Assembly (NCBI GenBank): GCA_963790205.1
Contig: CAWBNQ010000003.1
Coordinates: forward strand, 160,001-224,000
Direction of reading: 5' to 3'
Source: Nitrospirota bacterium
Lineage (GTDB): Bacteria > Nitrospirota > UBA9217
Length of the DNA stretch: 64,000 nt
The notes below the pieces were generated by a model that did no database searches, was not told the origin of the DNA, and saw nothing but the letters and a program-made list of their open reading frames with translations. A program made the position numbers and the translations under genes. Below are positions 31,074-41,662 of the stretch, one piece after another; position 1 is the stretch's first letter, and each line of letters begins with the position of its first letter.

Positions 31074-32078
31074 CTACTTTGCGATGATGGTGGAGACCAC
31101 GGACATGCCGATCCGCAGGACGTGGTCCTTGTCCGCCCCCTGGTCGAACACGATCTTGACCGGGATGCGCTGCACGACCTTCACGTAATTGCCCGTGGCG
31201 TTCTCCGCGGGAAAGAGCGAGAACGTCACGCCCGTCCCCGCCATGATGCTGTCCACTTTGCCGTTAAGCGCCCTTCCCGGGTAGGAGTCCACGGAAATAT
31301 TTACCTGCTGCCCAGGCCGGATGTTTTCCAGCTCCGTCTCTTTATAGTTCGCGATTACCCAGATATCATTGAGTCCCACCACGGCCATAAGCGGTTGTCC
31401 CGGCTGGATCTGGTTCCCGATCTGCACCGACTTTTTCGTGACATAGCCGTCGGCAGGCGCATAGATCTTCGTGTATTGATAATTGAGGTCCGCGAGGTCC
31501 GCCGAGGCCTCCTTCTGCTTGATCGTGGAGGCCTGCGTCAGCTTCTGCGATTCCGCCGCGCGGAGCTGTTCCTCGGCCGCCTTGACCTGCGCCACGGCCA
31601 CTTCGTAGCCCGTCATGGCCCGGTCGTAGCGGTCGCGGGGAATGGCCTCTTTTTGAAAGAGGTTCTCGGACCGGGTCTTTTCGATCTCGGCCAGCTTGAG
31701 GTTCGCCCGCTGAAGCTCGAGGTTTGCCTGTGCGGCCGCGATCTTCGTCTCCGCCTCGGCAAGCTTTGCCTTTTCCGCGCCGACCACGGAAGATGCCTCA
31801 CGAAGCCGCGCATGATAGTCTGCGGGGTCGATCTCAAGCAGGAGGTCGCCCTTTTTCACCGGCTGGTTGTCCGTAACGTAGATCTCCCTTACGGTCCCGC
31901 TGACCTTCGCCGCTATGGTGTGGATATTGCCGTCGATAAAGGCGTCGTCGGTGGAGATGTGCGTCTTGCGATAGCCGGAGTAAAACCAGCCGGCGACCAG
32001 GCCGATGAGGACGACGGCCCCCACGATCATGAAGGCTCTCTTCTTTTTCCCGTTGTTCACGGTTTGTTCTTCAGCCAT
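31074..32078 (-). CDS. HlyD/EmrA-family membrane fusion protein
   Basis: STDDA, VTDNQ.VKKGD, ANYKET, PAENATGNYVKVVQRIPV. Confidence 0.95.
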   Translation of the reverse strand: MAEEQTVNNGKKKRAFMIVGAVVLIGLVAGWFYSGYRKTHISTDDAFIDGNIHTIAAKVSGTVREIYVTDNQPVKKGDLLLEIDPADYHARLREASSVVGAEKAKLAEAETKIAAAQANLELQRANLKLAEIEKTRSENLFQKEAIPRDRYDRAMTGYEVAVAQVKAAEEQLRAAESQKLTQASTIKQKEASADLADLNYQYTKIYAPADGYVTKKSVQIGNQIQPGQPLMAVVGLNDIWVIANYKETELENIRPGQQVNISVDSYPGRALNGKVDSIMAGTGVTFSLFPAENATGNYVKVVQRIPVKIVFDQGADKDHVLRIGMSVVSTIIAK

Positions 32079-32227
32079 GCTTTATCTCCCAAAAGAGAAA
32101 AATTTCAAATAACAAATTCCAAATTTCAAATAAATAAACTCCACTGTTCAAATTCCAATTCCAAACTTTTATTTTGGCGCTTGGAGCTTATTTGTGATTT
32201 GATGCTTGTGATGTGGTGCTTGTCCGC

Positions 32228-33517
32228 TTACTTCCCATATTCGCTCATGAGGTCCCTGCCCATGGAATAGAGCAGGCCGGCTTCGGCGCGCCGGTACCCG
32301 TAGAGCGCCCTCCACGAATTTGTCTCGGCCGTCGAGAGGAGCGTCACCGCGTCGAGCACTTCGATGGCCGTGCCCACGCCCTCCTGGTAGCGGAGCCGCT
32401 GAATCCGAAGGTTTTCTTCGGCCGAGGCCACCGAGGTCTTCATGACGTCGATCTTCTGCGTCGAGCTCTGGAGGTCGAGGTAGGCGGATTTTACATCGAG
32501 CCTGACGGCGTCGAGGATCTTGTCCCTCGTGAGCCTGAGCGACAGAAGCTCTCCCTTGCCCATGCCCACCCGGGAGGTCGTTGCGCCGCCGGACGAGAGG
32601 TTGATGTTCACGCCCGCGATGAGCGACCAGTTGCGCGGATAGACCACATACTCGTTTTCCTGGTATTCATAGCCGCCCGAAAGGAAGAAGCTCGGCAGAT
32701 ATTCGGCCTGCACGGCCTTGACGCTCTCTTCCTTGGCCTGGATATCCGCTTCGATCACTTGGATCTCAGGACTCTCCGCCTCGGCCGCGACCCAGGCCTG
32801 TTCGAGGGTGATGCCCGCAGAGGGGGTCTTTTTGACCTCTTCGGGCTGAAGGGCGTCGTTCAACGGCCTCAAGAGGAGGCTGTTGAGCCTCGATGCCCTG
32901 AGGGAACGGAGATTGTCCGCGGTCAGGTATCGCTGGCGTGAATCCGCAAGCGTGACATCGGCTTCGAGGACCTCGTTTTTGGTGACGACGCCGGCATTAT
33001 ACCGGACCTCGGCGTCCGTCTTGTGCGCCTCGTACCGCTGCACTTCCTCGCCGGCAACCCGCAGCATCTTCTCCGCCTCCAGAAGATCGTAGTAGGCAAT
33101 GATAAATTCGAGCGCCGACCGGTTCTTGGCGCGTATGGTTTCTATTTGCCGCGCCTTGAGCCCGTACTTCGCCGCGTCGATCGACGAGGACGTTTTGCCG
33201 AAATCATACAGGACCTGCGTGGCCCTGACGCCGTAGGTCAGGAACTTGTCCTGGGACGTAGGGGCGATAAGGGTGCCGAACTTCGCTTCAGGCTGGTACC
33301 GGAGCCAGGTCTCGTTGCCGTACAGGTCCACCGAGGGAAGCCAAGGTGAGCGCGCGAGGGAAACGGAGCTCCGCGCCACGTTTTCACCGGATTGGGCGAT
33401 CTTCACATCGCGCCCTGTCTCGGCAACGATCTTTAAACCCTCTTCCAGGGTGAGGGCGCGGCCCGCGCCGGGAAAGAGAACTATGCTCAGGAACAGAAAA
33501 AAGATAGATCGTTTCAT
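32228..33517 (-). CDS. TolC-family outer membrane efflux protein
   Basis: Signal peptide, LTLEE, YDFG, two helical repeats, RYQEGVGT..EVLDA; operon context. Confidence 0.9.
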   Translation of the reverse strand: MKRSIFFLFLSIVLFPGAGRALTLEEGLKIVAETGRDVKIAQSGENVARSSVSLARSPWLPSVDLYGNETWLRYQPEAKFGTLIAPTSQDKFLTYGVRATQVLYDFGKTSSSIDAAKYGLKARQIETIRAKNRSALEFIIAYYDLLEAEKMLRVAGEEVQRYEAHKTDAEVRYNAGVVTKNEVLEADVTLADSRQRYLTADNLRSLRASRLNSLLLRPLNDALQPEEVKKTPSAGITLEQAWVAAEAESPEIQVIEADIQAKEESVKAVQAEYLPSFFLSGGYEYQENEYVVYPRNWSLIAGVNINLSSGGATTSRVGMGKGELLSLRLTRDKILDAVRLDVKSAYLDLQSSTQKIDVMKTSVASAEENLRIQRLRYQEGVGTAIEVLDAVTLLSTAETNSWRALYGYRRAEAGLLYSMGRDLMSEYGK

Positions 33518-33910
33518 GCGTACCTCGAAAAAGGGCCGGAAAAATGTAAGTAAGCACTATAATACATTAAAACGGCAAAAAAGGGAAGTTTTCTTGCATG
33601 GATATTTAATAATTTTTCACGCCCGTTCAGCCTTTATATTTCACTTCACGCAGCACTCCCGACGGGTTATAGTATCCCAACCTGAAGAAGCTGGAGCTAA
33701 TAATAACAGAAAGCATAAATCTTTGACACTGATACCAGAAGTAGGCGCTTTTAAGCGACGGCTGATAAGAACCTATGAAATATCATGATTCTTCATGTTT
33801 TTATCAGTGCAAAGCCGTGTCAAAGAAGTTGACGTTTATAAAATATTCATTCATCCTGCGTAGAATTTAATTCGTCAGTAACTATTCCAGATCAGGAGAA
33901 ACAGGCCGGC

Positions 33911-34834
33911 ATGCCGCACGTCATCTCCGTAAGCAGAAGGACGGACATCCCCGCATTTTATCCGGACTGGCTCGTAAACCGGCTGAAAGCAGGCATGGTC
34001 TTTGTCCGGCATCCCTTTGGGAACAGGCTCTTCCGCGTGTCTTTGCGTCCGGAAGACGTAAGCGCCATGGTCTTCTGGTCCAAGAATTACACGCCGCTCC
34101 TCTCCCGGCTCGGAGCAATCGAGAAAACGACGCGCAACCTTTTCTTCCATTTTACCATTACCGCCAACAGAGAGCTGGAATTTCATGCGCCGGATTATCG
34201 CGATGCGATCCGGGACTATATCTATCTTGCCGGGCACTATTCGCCGGAGCGGCTCGTCTGGCGATACGATCCTATCGTCATAACGGACAAACTGTCCTTT
34301 GAGCTTCACGAGGAGCGCTTTGTTCGCTGCGCGGAGCTCTTGAAAGGCCATGCCGGGAAATGCATTATCAGCTTCGTGCATCCGTACAAGAAGGTCCTTG
34401 CGAATTTGAAAAAGTATACCGACCACCGCTTGATCGAGCTGTCGGAAGAAAATAAGCAAGCATACGCAAAGCGCCTGGCTGAACGGGCGACGGCACGCGG
34501 GATAAGGTTGTATGCCTGCTGCAACGATTATGCGCTCTCCCCTTCCGTGCTGAAGGCGAGCTGCATAGACGGGCGTTCCCTGTCCGAACTGTTTAAAACA
34601 CGGATCGACACCCGGCCGGCCGGAACGCGGAAGGAGTGCGCCTGCACCAGGAGCGTTGATATCGGCGCCTACGATACCTGCGCGCATGGGTGCGTGTATT
34701 GCTACGCGAACGCGGACAAAGACAGCGCGGCCGCGGCCTTGCAGCGGCACCATGCCGGGTGGAATGCGCTTCATATGCAGGTGGATGAAGAAAAGTCCGA
34801 GTCTGTGGAGGACCAGGAGGCGTTTAAATACTAA
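33911..34834 (+). CDS. DUF1848-family protein
   Basis: ISVSRRTDIPAFY, VFWSKN, WRYDPI, C.C..S.DIG.YDTC.HGC.YCYA. Confidence 0.9.
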   Translation: MPHVISVSRRTDIPAFYPDWLVNRLKAGMVFVRHPFGNRLFRVSLRPEDVSAMVFWSKNYTPLLSRLGAIEKTTRNLFFHFTITANRELEFHAPDYRDAIRDYIYLAGHYSPERLVWRYDPIVITDKLSFELHEERFVRCAELLKGHAGKCIISFVHPYKKVLANLKKYTDHRLIELSEENKQAYAKRLAERATARGIRLYACCNDYALSPSVLKASCIDGRSLSELFKTRIDTRPAGTRKECACTRSVDIGAYDTCAHGCVYCYANADKDSAAAALQRHHAGWNALHMQVDEEKSESVEDQEAFKY

Positions 34835-34972
34835 GGGTCTTCTCTTCGCTGAGAGGGCTTGTGAACTACGGTGCAAAAAAAGAAGAAAGGATCTTGAACA
34901 TCAGAGACGATAACGATGTTTGCTTTCCATTTCGAGGGCATGCTTGAGCGCGGCTTCGCGCCAGAGCTGCCC

Positions 34973-35206
34973 GGCGCAGGGGAAAGGCAGAAGCTTTGGT
35001 CTTTTGATTTTTCAGAGGCCCCCGCATCCCGCGAACAGGGACGCGCTTTACATGACCGGAGTAGGTTCGGTGAACCACAGATCATGCATGCGCGTGCGTA
35101 GCGTAAGCGCCCATGGGTTGCCGTATCGTCTGGTACAACAGAAGACATGCTGTCATGTTTGCGCGGACCTGTGAGCGGCGGTGCAGAAAAAGAAGAAGGA
35201 TCCCGA
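34973..35206 (-). repeat. 234-bp dispersed non-coding repeat, copy B
   Basis: Reverse complement aligns with 13025-13258. Confidence 0.85.
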
Positions 35207-35250
35207 ACATCCTGTGCCGACTTTTTTGTAAGTTCAAGACCCCGTATTCG

Positions 35251-35472
35251 TCAGGCGGCTGAACGCTCTACCTTTACCACGTGCGTCGCCTTGGGGCCTT
35301 TCGGGCTGTCAATGACTTCGAGCATGACTTCCTCGCCTTCGATGAGGCTCTTGTGGCCTTCGCCTTCGATCTCGCTGTAGTGCACAAAAACATCTCCGCC
35401 GTCTTCCGTGGCAATGAACCCAAAGCCTTTGGACTCATTGAACCATTTCACGGTCCCTTTTACTGCTGCCAT
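35251..35472 (-). CDS. Cold-shock protein
   Basis: [30 protein letters not shown]. Confidence 0.96.
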   Translation of the reverse strand: MAAVKGTVKWFNESKGFGFIATEDGGDVFVHYSEIEGEGHKSLIEGEEVMLEVIDSPKGPKATHVVKVERSAA

Positions 35473-35716
35473 TGCGATACCTCCTTCCTGAAAAAAAAGA
35501 AGATCACGGAGCTGCCGCAATAAAAAACCGCGAAGTCAAGAGTCTTCGCGGCAACTATACTGCAAACAACATCCGAACTTCTGTTTATATGTTCACACTC
35601 CCGGGGCGGGAAGTCAAGGGTTTTTTGACGCAAGTTCATTGACAATCCCGGGAGAAAAGTCTACATTGTTTCCTGTGCGGTTTCGTGATGAGGTCCGCAG
35701 CGCGCACCCCGTGGAA

Positions 35717-36901
35717 ATGAAAAAAATTATCCTGATAGGCATGGTTTTCCTCTCGCTCTTCGCCTGCGCCAGGCATGTGCCCGTGACGAAGCCCGAAGAT
35801 GCGCTTGAGCGGATCTCGTGGTGGCGGGCTGCGGCGCCGAATGACGACCGGGAGTTTGCGGACCTCGCGGCCGCGGTGCGCCAAAGTCTGGAGTATTACA
35901 GGAAACTTCCGCCCGAAACGCTCTTCTCCCTCGGCCCTGACCGGGCAAGCGCCCTCGATATGGTCGTTACGCTCCAGAACTTCCTTTTGATCGTAGAGAA
36001 CGATTCGCTCTCCTATGAGCAGAAGGTAAAACAGATCAAGAAGGATTTTGTCCTCTACCGTTCGGTCGGCTCGAACGGCAGCGGCAGGGTGCTCTTCACC
36101 GGTTACTACGAGCCGCTCCTTTCCTGCAGGACCGCAGCGGACGACGTCTATCGATATCCTCTCTACAGACGGCCGGACGATATCATCGAAGTGGACCTGA
36201 CCCAATTCGGGAACGGGTTCCCCAAGAACAAGCTTTTCGGCAGGCTCGACGGGAAGAAGGTGGTTCCCTATTTCTCGCGCGAAGATATCGATCAGAAGAA
36301 GGCCATCGCCGGAAAAGACCTCGAAATCCTCTGGTGCTCGGACCTCGTCGATATCTTTATGCTCCAGGTGCAGGGCTCGGGCAAGGCCGACCTCGGCGAC
36401 GGGAACATCGTGAGCATCCTCTACGACGGCCAGAACGGGAGGCCCTACAAGAGCATCGGCAAGTACCTGATCGACTCGGGGGTCATTCCCAGGGAAGAGA
36501 TGTCCATGCAGCTCGCGCGGCAATACCTGAGGGACAATCCGGAAAAACTCTCTACCATCCTGGACCAGAACCCGAGCTACGTCTTCTTCCGCCTGGACAT
36601 GGGCCCGTCGCTCGGGAACATCGGCGTGCCGCTCACCCCGGGCCGCTCCATCGCCACGGACAGTAGGCTCTTTCCCAAGGGCGCGCTTGCCGTCATCTCG
36701 GCGACGAAACCGGTGATCGAGAACAACGCGATCAAAGGATGGGTTCCCTTCACCCGGTTCGTCGTGAACCAGGACACCGGCGGTGCCATCAAGGGGCCGG
36801 GCAGGGTGGACCTGTTCTGGGGCCAGGGGCCCGAGGCCGAGCTCGGTGCGGGCCATATGCAGCAGGAAGGGGAGCTGTATTTTCTGGTGAGGAAAAAATG
36901 A
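35717..36901 (+). CDS. mltA: Membrane-bound lytic transglycosylase A (lipoprotein)
   Basis: Lipobox LFAC, FTGYYEP, LQVQGSG, NPSYVFF, QDTGGAIKG.GRVDLFWG. Confidence 0.94.
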   Translation: MKKIILIGMVFLSLFACARHVPVTKPEDALERISWWRAAAPNDDREFADLAAAVRQSLEYYRKLPPETLFSLGPDRASALDMVVTLQNFLLIVENDSLSYEQKVKQIKKDFVLYRSVGSNGSGRVLFTGYYEPLLSCRTAADDVYRYPLYRRPDDIIEVDLTQFGNGFPKNKLFGRLDGKKVVPYFSREDIDQKKAIAGKDLEILWCSDLVDIFMLQVQGSGKADLGDGNIVSILYDGQNGRPYKSIGKYLIDSGVIPREEMSMQLARQYLRDNPEKLSTILDQNPSYVFFRLDMGPSLGNIGVPLTPGRSIATDSRLFPKGALAVISATKPVIENNAIKGWVPFTRFVVNQDTGGAIKGPGRVDLFWGQGPEAELGAGHMQQEGELYFLVRKK

Positions 36902-37173
36902 CGAGGTCGCTATTTGGCAGTCGCACCATTTTTTTAAGGTGCGCTCCTGTCGCCGGCAAAAGCCTGCCGATGCCCTCGAAGGACTGAATCTTAACTATTA
37001 CGCCACCCAAGCATGCGATGTCAATATTGAGACAAGGGCAAAGAATTCCGGTAGTATCATAATAGGAGCACCTACAAACTTGCTCGGCGACCGATAAAAA
37101 TGAAATAAACAGTGAGGAGGATGCTCCCCTATGGATTCATTTCCTCATCACCGGGCGAAATAGACTCGCTCGT

Positions 37174-37329
37174 TTATTTCGGCTCGTCCTTTTCGCTCAA
37201 AGCTTTTTTAAATGACTTAATACTTTTCCCGAGTCCTTCCCCAAGTTGCGGCAGTTTGCCCGGACCAACTATGATAAGCACAATCGCCAAAATAATAATC
37301 AAATGCAGCGGCTGAAAAAGTCCTTCCAT
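37174..37329 (-). CDS. tatA: Twin-arginine translocase TatA/E subunit (51 aa, absent from ORF track)
   Basis: Translated by hand: [61 protein letters not shown]. Confidence 0.9.
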   Translation of the reverse strand: MEGLFQPLHLIIILAIVLIIVGPGKLPQLGEGLGKSIKSFKKALSEKDEPK

Positions 37330-37556
37330 GGAATATCCTCCTCGTGTATTTTATTGATTGAGCAATTCAGCCTCTATTGCCTTGCCCCTCAAAGATACCT
37401 CATTTTAATGCATCATACAATGCAAATTCAGCAAACTGCTGCAAAACTGAGTCCCGGCTTATTCCACCTGAGTATCCATGAAAGTAAGTTTGTTACGCCC
37501 AATTGCAATAAGTATCGCGGAGCGGATGCTCAATATCATCAAGAGCCGCGTCAGCA

Positions 37557-38558
37557 TTACTTCCCAACCACAAGAACCGCAAAGCTATCCTTAATCATAA
37601 TGGGTCTTGGCTTCGGTACTTCAGCCGTTGGCGCCGGAGCTGGGGCAAACCCGGCTACAGGCAGATAGATTTTATGGGTCTTTGTGTCTAACGCCATTGT
37701 ACGAGCACTCCGCTGGGTTAAAACTGTTTCCGCATCAAACTTTCCCGGTGACAATTCACGGGCTACCGTGAGCGTCCCTTCACCATTTGAACTAAATGCA
37801 AGCCCGGTCTCCGCATCAAAAGCATTTGCGTCAACTCCTTCCCCAATAGGAACAGTAGCAATTACTTTCCCTGAATTCACGTCCAGAACTGTCATGACTT
37901 TATTGCGGCATCCTGAAAATATCCGATGGTGCTCGATATCAATCGCCATTCCCGTTGGTCCTTCACAGGGTTTTATAGAATACCGTTTTGATATCGTAAG
38001 TTTTATACTATCCAACTCAACAACCTCATTCGTGTCCTCGATATTTACAAAAATCCTGCCCTTTTTATCCGTAGCTGCAAATTCCGGTTTACCACCAAGG
38101 GCAATCGTTCCCAGAACCTTGCCTGAAGCAGCTTCAAATACCGTTGCATCTTTGCTTTTCCCGTTAAAGGTGAATACGCGGAGGGAAAAAGGTTCATATA
38201 AAATGGCATCTGGGTTCTCTCCAGTTTTAACTTCCCCGATTACCTTCAGGGTGTTTATGTCGAATATGGAGGCGGTATTTGCCTTGCCATTGCTGGTAAA
38301 GCCACACCTCAGTTCGGGGGCGAGTGCTATGCCGTGGACTCCTGGGGTATCAGGGATATCACCAATAACTTTATCAGTCAGGGTGTCGATAACGACAACA
38401 TGGGCGCCGCGAGAAATATACAGTCGATGGTTATCCACGGTCAAGTAGTCCCAACCACCTTCACCCCCCAACGGGAGTTTATTGATAACGTGATAGCCTG
38501 ATGCTGCGTGTGCAGTTGCACTGATAAGCAGAAGAACGGTGACAATAAGCGATTTCAT
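37557..38558 (-). CDS. Secreted YncE/YVTN-type beta-propeller protein
   Basis: Signal peptide, GGWDYL, GVHGIA, GENPDAI, ARTMALD repeats. Confidence 0.85.
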   Translation of the reverse strand: MKSLIVTVLLLISATAHAASGYHVINKLPLGGEGGWDYLTVDNHRLYISRGAHVVVIDTLTDKVIGDIPDTPGVHGIALAPELRCGFTSNGKANTASIFDINTLKVIGEVKTGENPDAILYEPFSLRVFTFNGKSKDATVFEAASGKVLGTIALGGKPEFAATDKKGRIFVNIEDTNEVVELDSIKLTISKRYSIKPCEGPTGMAIDIEHHRIFSGCRNKVMTVLDVNSGKVIATVPIGEGVDANAFDAETGLAFSSNGEGTLTVARELSPGKFDAETVLTQRSARTMALDTKTHKIYLPVAGFAPAPAPTAEVPKPRPIMIKDSFAVLVVGK

Positions 38559-39167
38559 AATTAAGCCTTCCTTTCAGAGTATATTGCTTAGACACCTGGT
38601 TTTTGTAAAAGCCTAGTATCATTCATCGATTCTCGAATCCCTTGCCTGTACGAAGTTATCTTGCTACGGTATGAAGCGCATTCTCACAGGAGCTGTCTCA
38701 GCGCTGCAATCTGCCGCACAAAAGACCGCAGATAATTCGCCGCATGATCAGGTCTTACCAGGCAGAATATGCCTGCAGCGAGGAACCCGGGAGGAGGGAG
38801 TAGAATTAGAAAATTAATCATAGCGGATCACATACCTTCAATATCGTCCAGGCAATGATTCTTCCGATTCGGCTATACAGAGCATTTTATGTCCCTGGCG
38901 TCGATGGCTTTCAGAAACTCGCGGCTGGTTACGGCCGTTGCCTGCCATTAATTGTCTCCAACGATGCCTTGCAGAGGGTCCATGCTCGAATCGTGAAACC
39001 ACGCTCCGTGTAAAAGCATAAAGCGCCTGCCGGCAAACGTAAAGCTGTGCGTTCATAGAAACATGCAAGTCGACTCCCACGGAGCAGATTGCTAATGCTC
39101 GCGGAGAAGATCAAAGAAGTATCCAAGATATCGACGTATCTTGTCGTTCAGCACCGCTACAGCCTGG

Positions 39168-40430
39168 CTATTCCACCCCGCCCGCCTCGTACCCGCGAAA
39201 GAACCGCGTGTAGAGGACCAGGTAAGCCGCCTGCAAGCCTGCTGCGACGAAGAACGGCGCTCTCAACATTCCCGCATGCAGCATGAACCCTGAAATCAAC
39301 GGCCCCACCGCGCGGGGAATCTGGATCGATACGTTCTGTAAACTCGACGCCAATCCCCGCCGGTCGCGCGTTAAACCAACGACGAGCGCCTGCCGCACGC
39401 CCGCGGTACCCTGGTTGAACCCCGCGCGCAGCGCGAAGAAGACCGCCGCGACGCCGAATACCGGCATGAGCGGAACCGCTATCAGCAGTGCGAGCCCGGC
39501 GCCGCGCATGATGATCACCGGCCGGATCAGCCCATGCCTCTGCACCATCCGTGCAACGAAAATCGAACCGACCGCGCCGAACACGAAGCTCGCGGCGAGC
39601 GCAGGTCCGATAGAACCGGGGCCGCGCTGGAAGCGCAGCGCGAACCAGTAGGCGATGAGAGGGGCGATCATGCCGATGCCCAGCCCGTTGACGATGTTGG
39701 CGATGACCAGGCGGGTCAGCATGCGGTTTTCGCTGCGGCGTTCGGAGTGCTCTGCCGGGCGCCTGGCCGAACGCGCGGGGGCCGGCTCGTGCAGACCGGC
39801 GATGAGCACGAAGGCCGCGACCGAGCCGGCCAAAGAGAGCAGGAAGAGCGGACGGTAGGCGAGCACCGCGCCCAGGGGGCCGATAAGGAGCTGGACGCCG
39901 CCCGCGAGCAGCGCCCCGAGCGCCATGCCGCTGAAGCCGATGGCGGCGTTGAGGCTGAACACCGAGCCGCGTTTTTCCGCAGGCAGCGCATGCGCGAGCC
40001 AGGCTTGCTCAAGCGGACCGAAGGGGCCGGCGCTGCCGTTGGCGCCGCGCCCGAAGCCGCCGACGATAGCGGCCAGCACGAGCGCCGGCGGCCACACGGT
40101 GACCAACGCGAGCAGCGCGGCCCCGGACTGCAAGGCCTCGTACAGAAGCAGGAAGCGCCGCCGGCCGCGGCGATCGCTCAGGGGACCTACGGCCAGCGTG
40201 AGCACGGCGCCTGCCAGCAACGCCGCCGAAAGCGTGGCGCCGATCTCAGGAGCCGACCACCCCAAGGCATGCAGGTAGAGCGTGAACGCCGCGACCAGCG
40301 CTCCCTGCCCGAGGCTGCGCGCGGCGCGCGCGGCCATCAGGCGGCGGACAACAATCGGCAACTTGACGTTGCCGGAGCGCGGGCTGTGGTGGAGGGCGAG
40401 GTTGCCGGGCGGGTTGGGAAGGAAACTCAT
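39168..40430 (-). CDS. MFS transporter
   Basis: About 12 TM segments, GPLSDRRGRRR motif A; visibly GC-richer than neighbours. Confidence 0.88.
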   Translation of the reverse strand: MSFLPNPPGNLALHHSPRSGNVKLPIVVRRLMAARAARSLGQGALVAAFTLYLHALGWSAPEIGATLSAALLAGAVLTLAVGPLSDRRGRRRFLLLYEALQSGAALLALVTVWPPALVLAAIVGGFGRGANGSAGPFGPLEQAWLAHALPAEKRGSVFSLNAAIGFSGMALGALLAGGVQLLIGPLGAVLAYRPLFLLSLAGSVAAFVLIAGLHEPAPARSARRPAEHSERRSENRMLTRLVIANIVNGLGIGMIAPLIAYWFALRFQRGPGSIGPALAASFVFGAVGSIFVARMVQRHGLIRPVIIMRGAGLALLIAVPLMPVFGVAAVFFALRAGFNQGTAGVRQALVVGLTRDRRGLASSLQNVSIQIPRAVGPLISGFMLHAGMLRAPFFVAAGLQAAYLVLYTRFFRGYEAGGVE

Positions 40431-40559
40431 CGGTCTTCCTCGGCGCGATCCGAGACAATTGTGGATCGGATGCCGATAAAAGCACATCGAGAGGCGCTAC
40501 GGAAACTCGGGGTGCAGCAGTGATTGACGAGGTCCGGCTGTGGGAAATCACAATGATAA

Positions 40560-40771
40560 ATGCCGTTTGCCTTTCCTTCCGGGATTATGTAGCTGCGCTC
40601 GATGGTGATCAATGAAATATGACCGCAGCGGGATTTTTCCTCGTAGTAGTCGGGAAGCGCCTGTCTTACTTTTTCGTCAGGCCCTGCTTTTGCGGTAGCC
40701 ATCGGCGGCATGATCAGCTGGTTGGCCAGGTTCATTGAACGCACTGTCAAAGGCTTGAGGAGAGAGGTCAT
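40560..40771 (-). pseudogene. NADH:flavin oxidoreductase (OYE family), N-terminal fragment
   Basis: LLKPL.V..MNLAN.LIMPPMAT...DYY..KS..G..LI..E; similarity ends after ~68 aa. Confidence 0.75.
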
Positions 40772-40774
40772 GGA

Positions 40775-41407
40775 TTAATCAGCCTCCGTAAAGTCAGGCA
40801 ATGACGTTAAGCCCCGAAGAGTAAAATCATGCACAAGCAAACCAAGGTAAGCTCCGGCAATGATATCACTGAGGAAGTGATAATCCATCGCGATTAAAGC
40901 CAGCGCCAAAGCGGATAAAAATCCAAAATATGCAGACCGGTATCGTGGATAAAATCTCCACAGGGCGATAACGAGAACCGAAAACACGGCCATGTGCCCT
41001 GATGGAAAACCACCGTAGCGTCCGACTCCATGGAACCAGTGAAGCTCCTTGACGTTGGGGTGACGTAACCAGAACCTTGCGTCGATCCTGCCAACTGCAA
41101 GCTTCAGGATCGATTTCAGGAAAAAGGAGAGCGGGACGGCACTCGCGATCAGCAGAAAGAACCGCGCGTGTTTGTTGTACATACCTTTGTGCACGGGGTA
41201 GAAATATGCCGTCCATGCAATTCCGGCAATGGCACAGACTACGGGGAATAACAGGTCGGAAATGTCCGCGGAGAAAAAAGGAAATCGCGCGTTGGAGATC
41301 AATACTCTTTTGACATAGACAGCGATTCCCTTATCCAGGAAATAGTAACTGCAGACGACAAGTAGCATGGCCAGGATACTGTTGCCTATATATTTTTTCC
41401 AATTCAT
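40775..41407 (-). CDS. PAP2-family phosphatase
   Basis: LK..VGR, FPSGH, HFLSDI.AG motifs. Confidence 0.85.
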   Translation of the reverse strand: MNWKKYIGNSILAMLLVVCSYYFLDKGIAVYVKRVLISNARFPFFSADISDLLFPVVCAIAGIAWTAYFYPVHKGMYNKHARFFLLIASAVPLSFFLKSILKLAVGRIDARFWLRHPNVKELHWFHGVGRYGGFPSGHMAVFSVLVIALWRFYPRYRSAYFGFLSALALALIAMDYHFLSDIIAGAYLGLLVHDFTLRGLTSLPDFTEAD

Positions 41408-41662
41408 ATCATAAAAGATGCAGGTCTGAAAAAAGGTTTGTTTACAGAGTACTTTGGAAAATGAGTGAGTTTCTGCGCCGGAACAAATCAGCAACAGCGC
41501 TCAATTCAATAAGGAAAAGTATAATCGAATTTCTCCGCACTATAAAGCAGAAAAGAGAGGGCATCTTTGGATATTCAGATGACAACGAGCCTTCACATGG
41601 GTGACTATACGCCCTTGACCTTGAAGCCTGTTACGCCGTCAATTGTTTCGGTAAGGCGATAA

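Noticed and set aside
38560..39160. 600-bp gap with short ORFs
   Set aside because: No recognisable protein or RNA motif; nothing supportable
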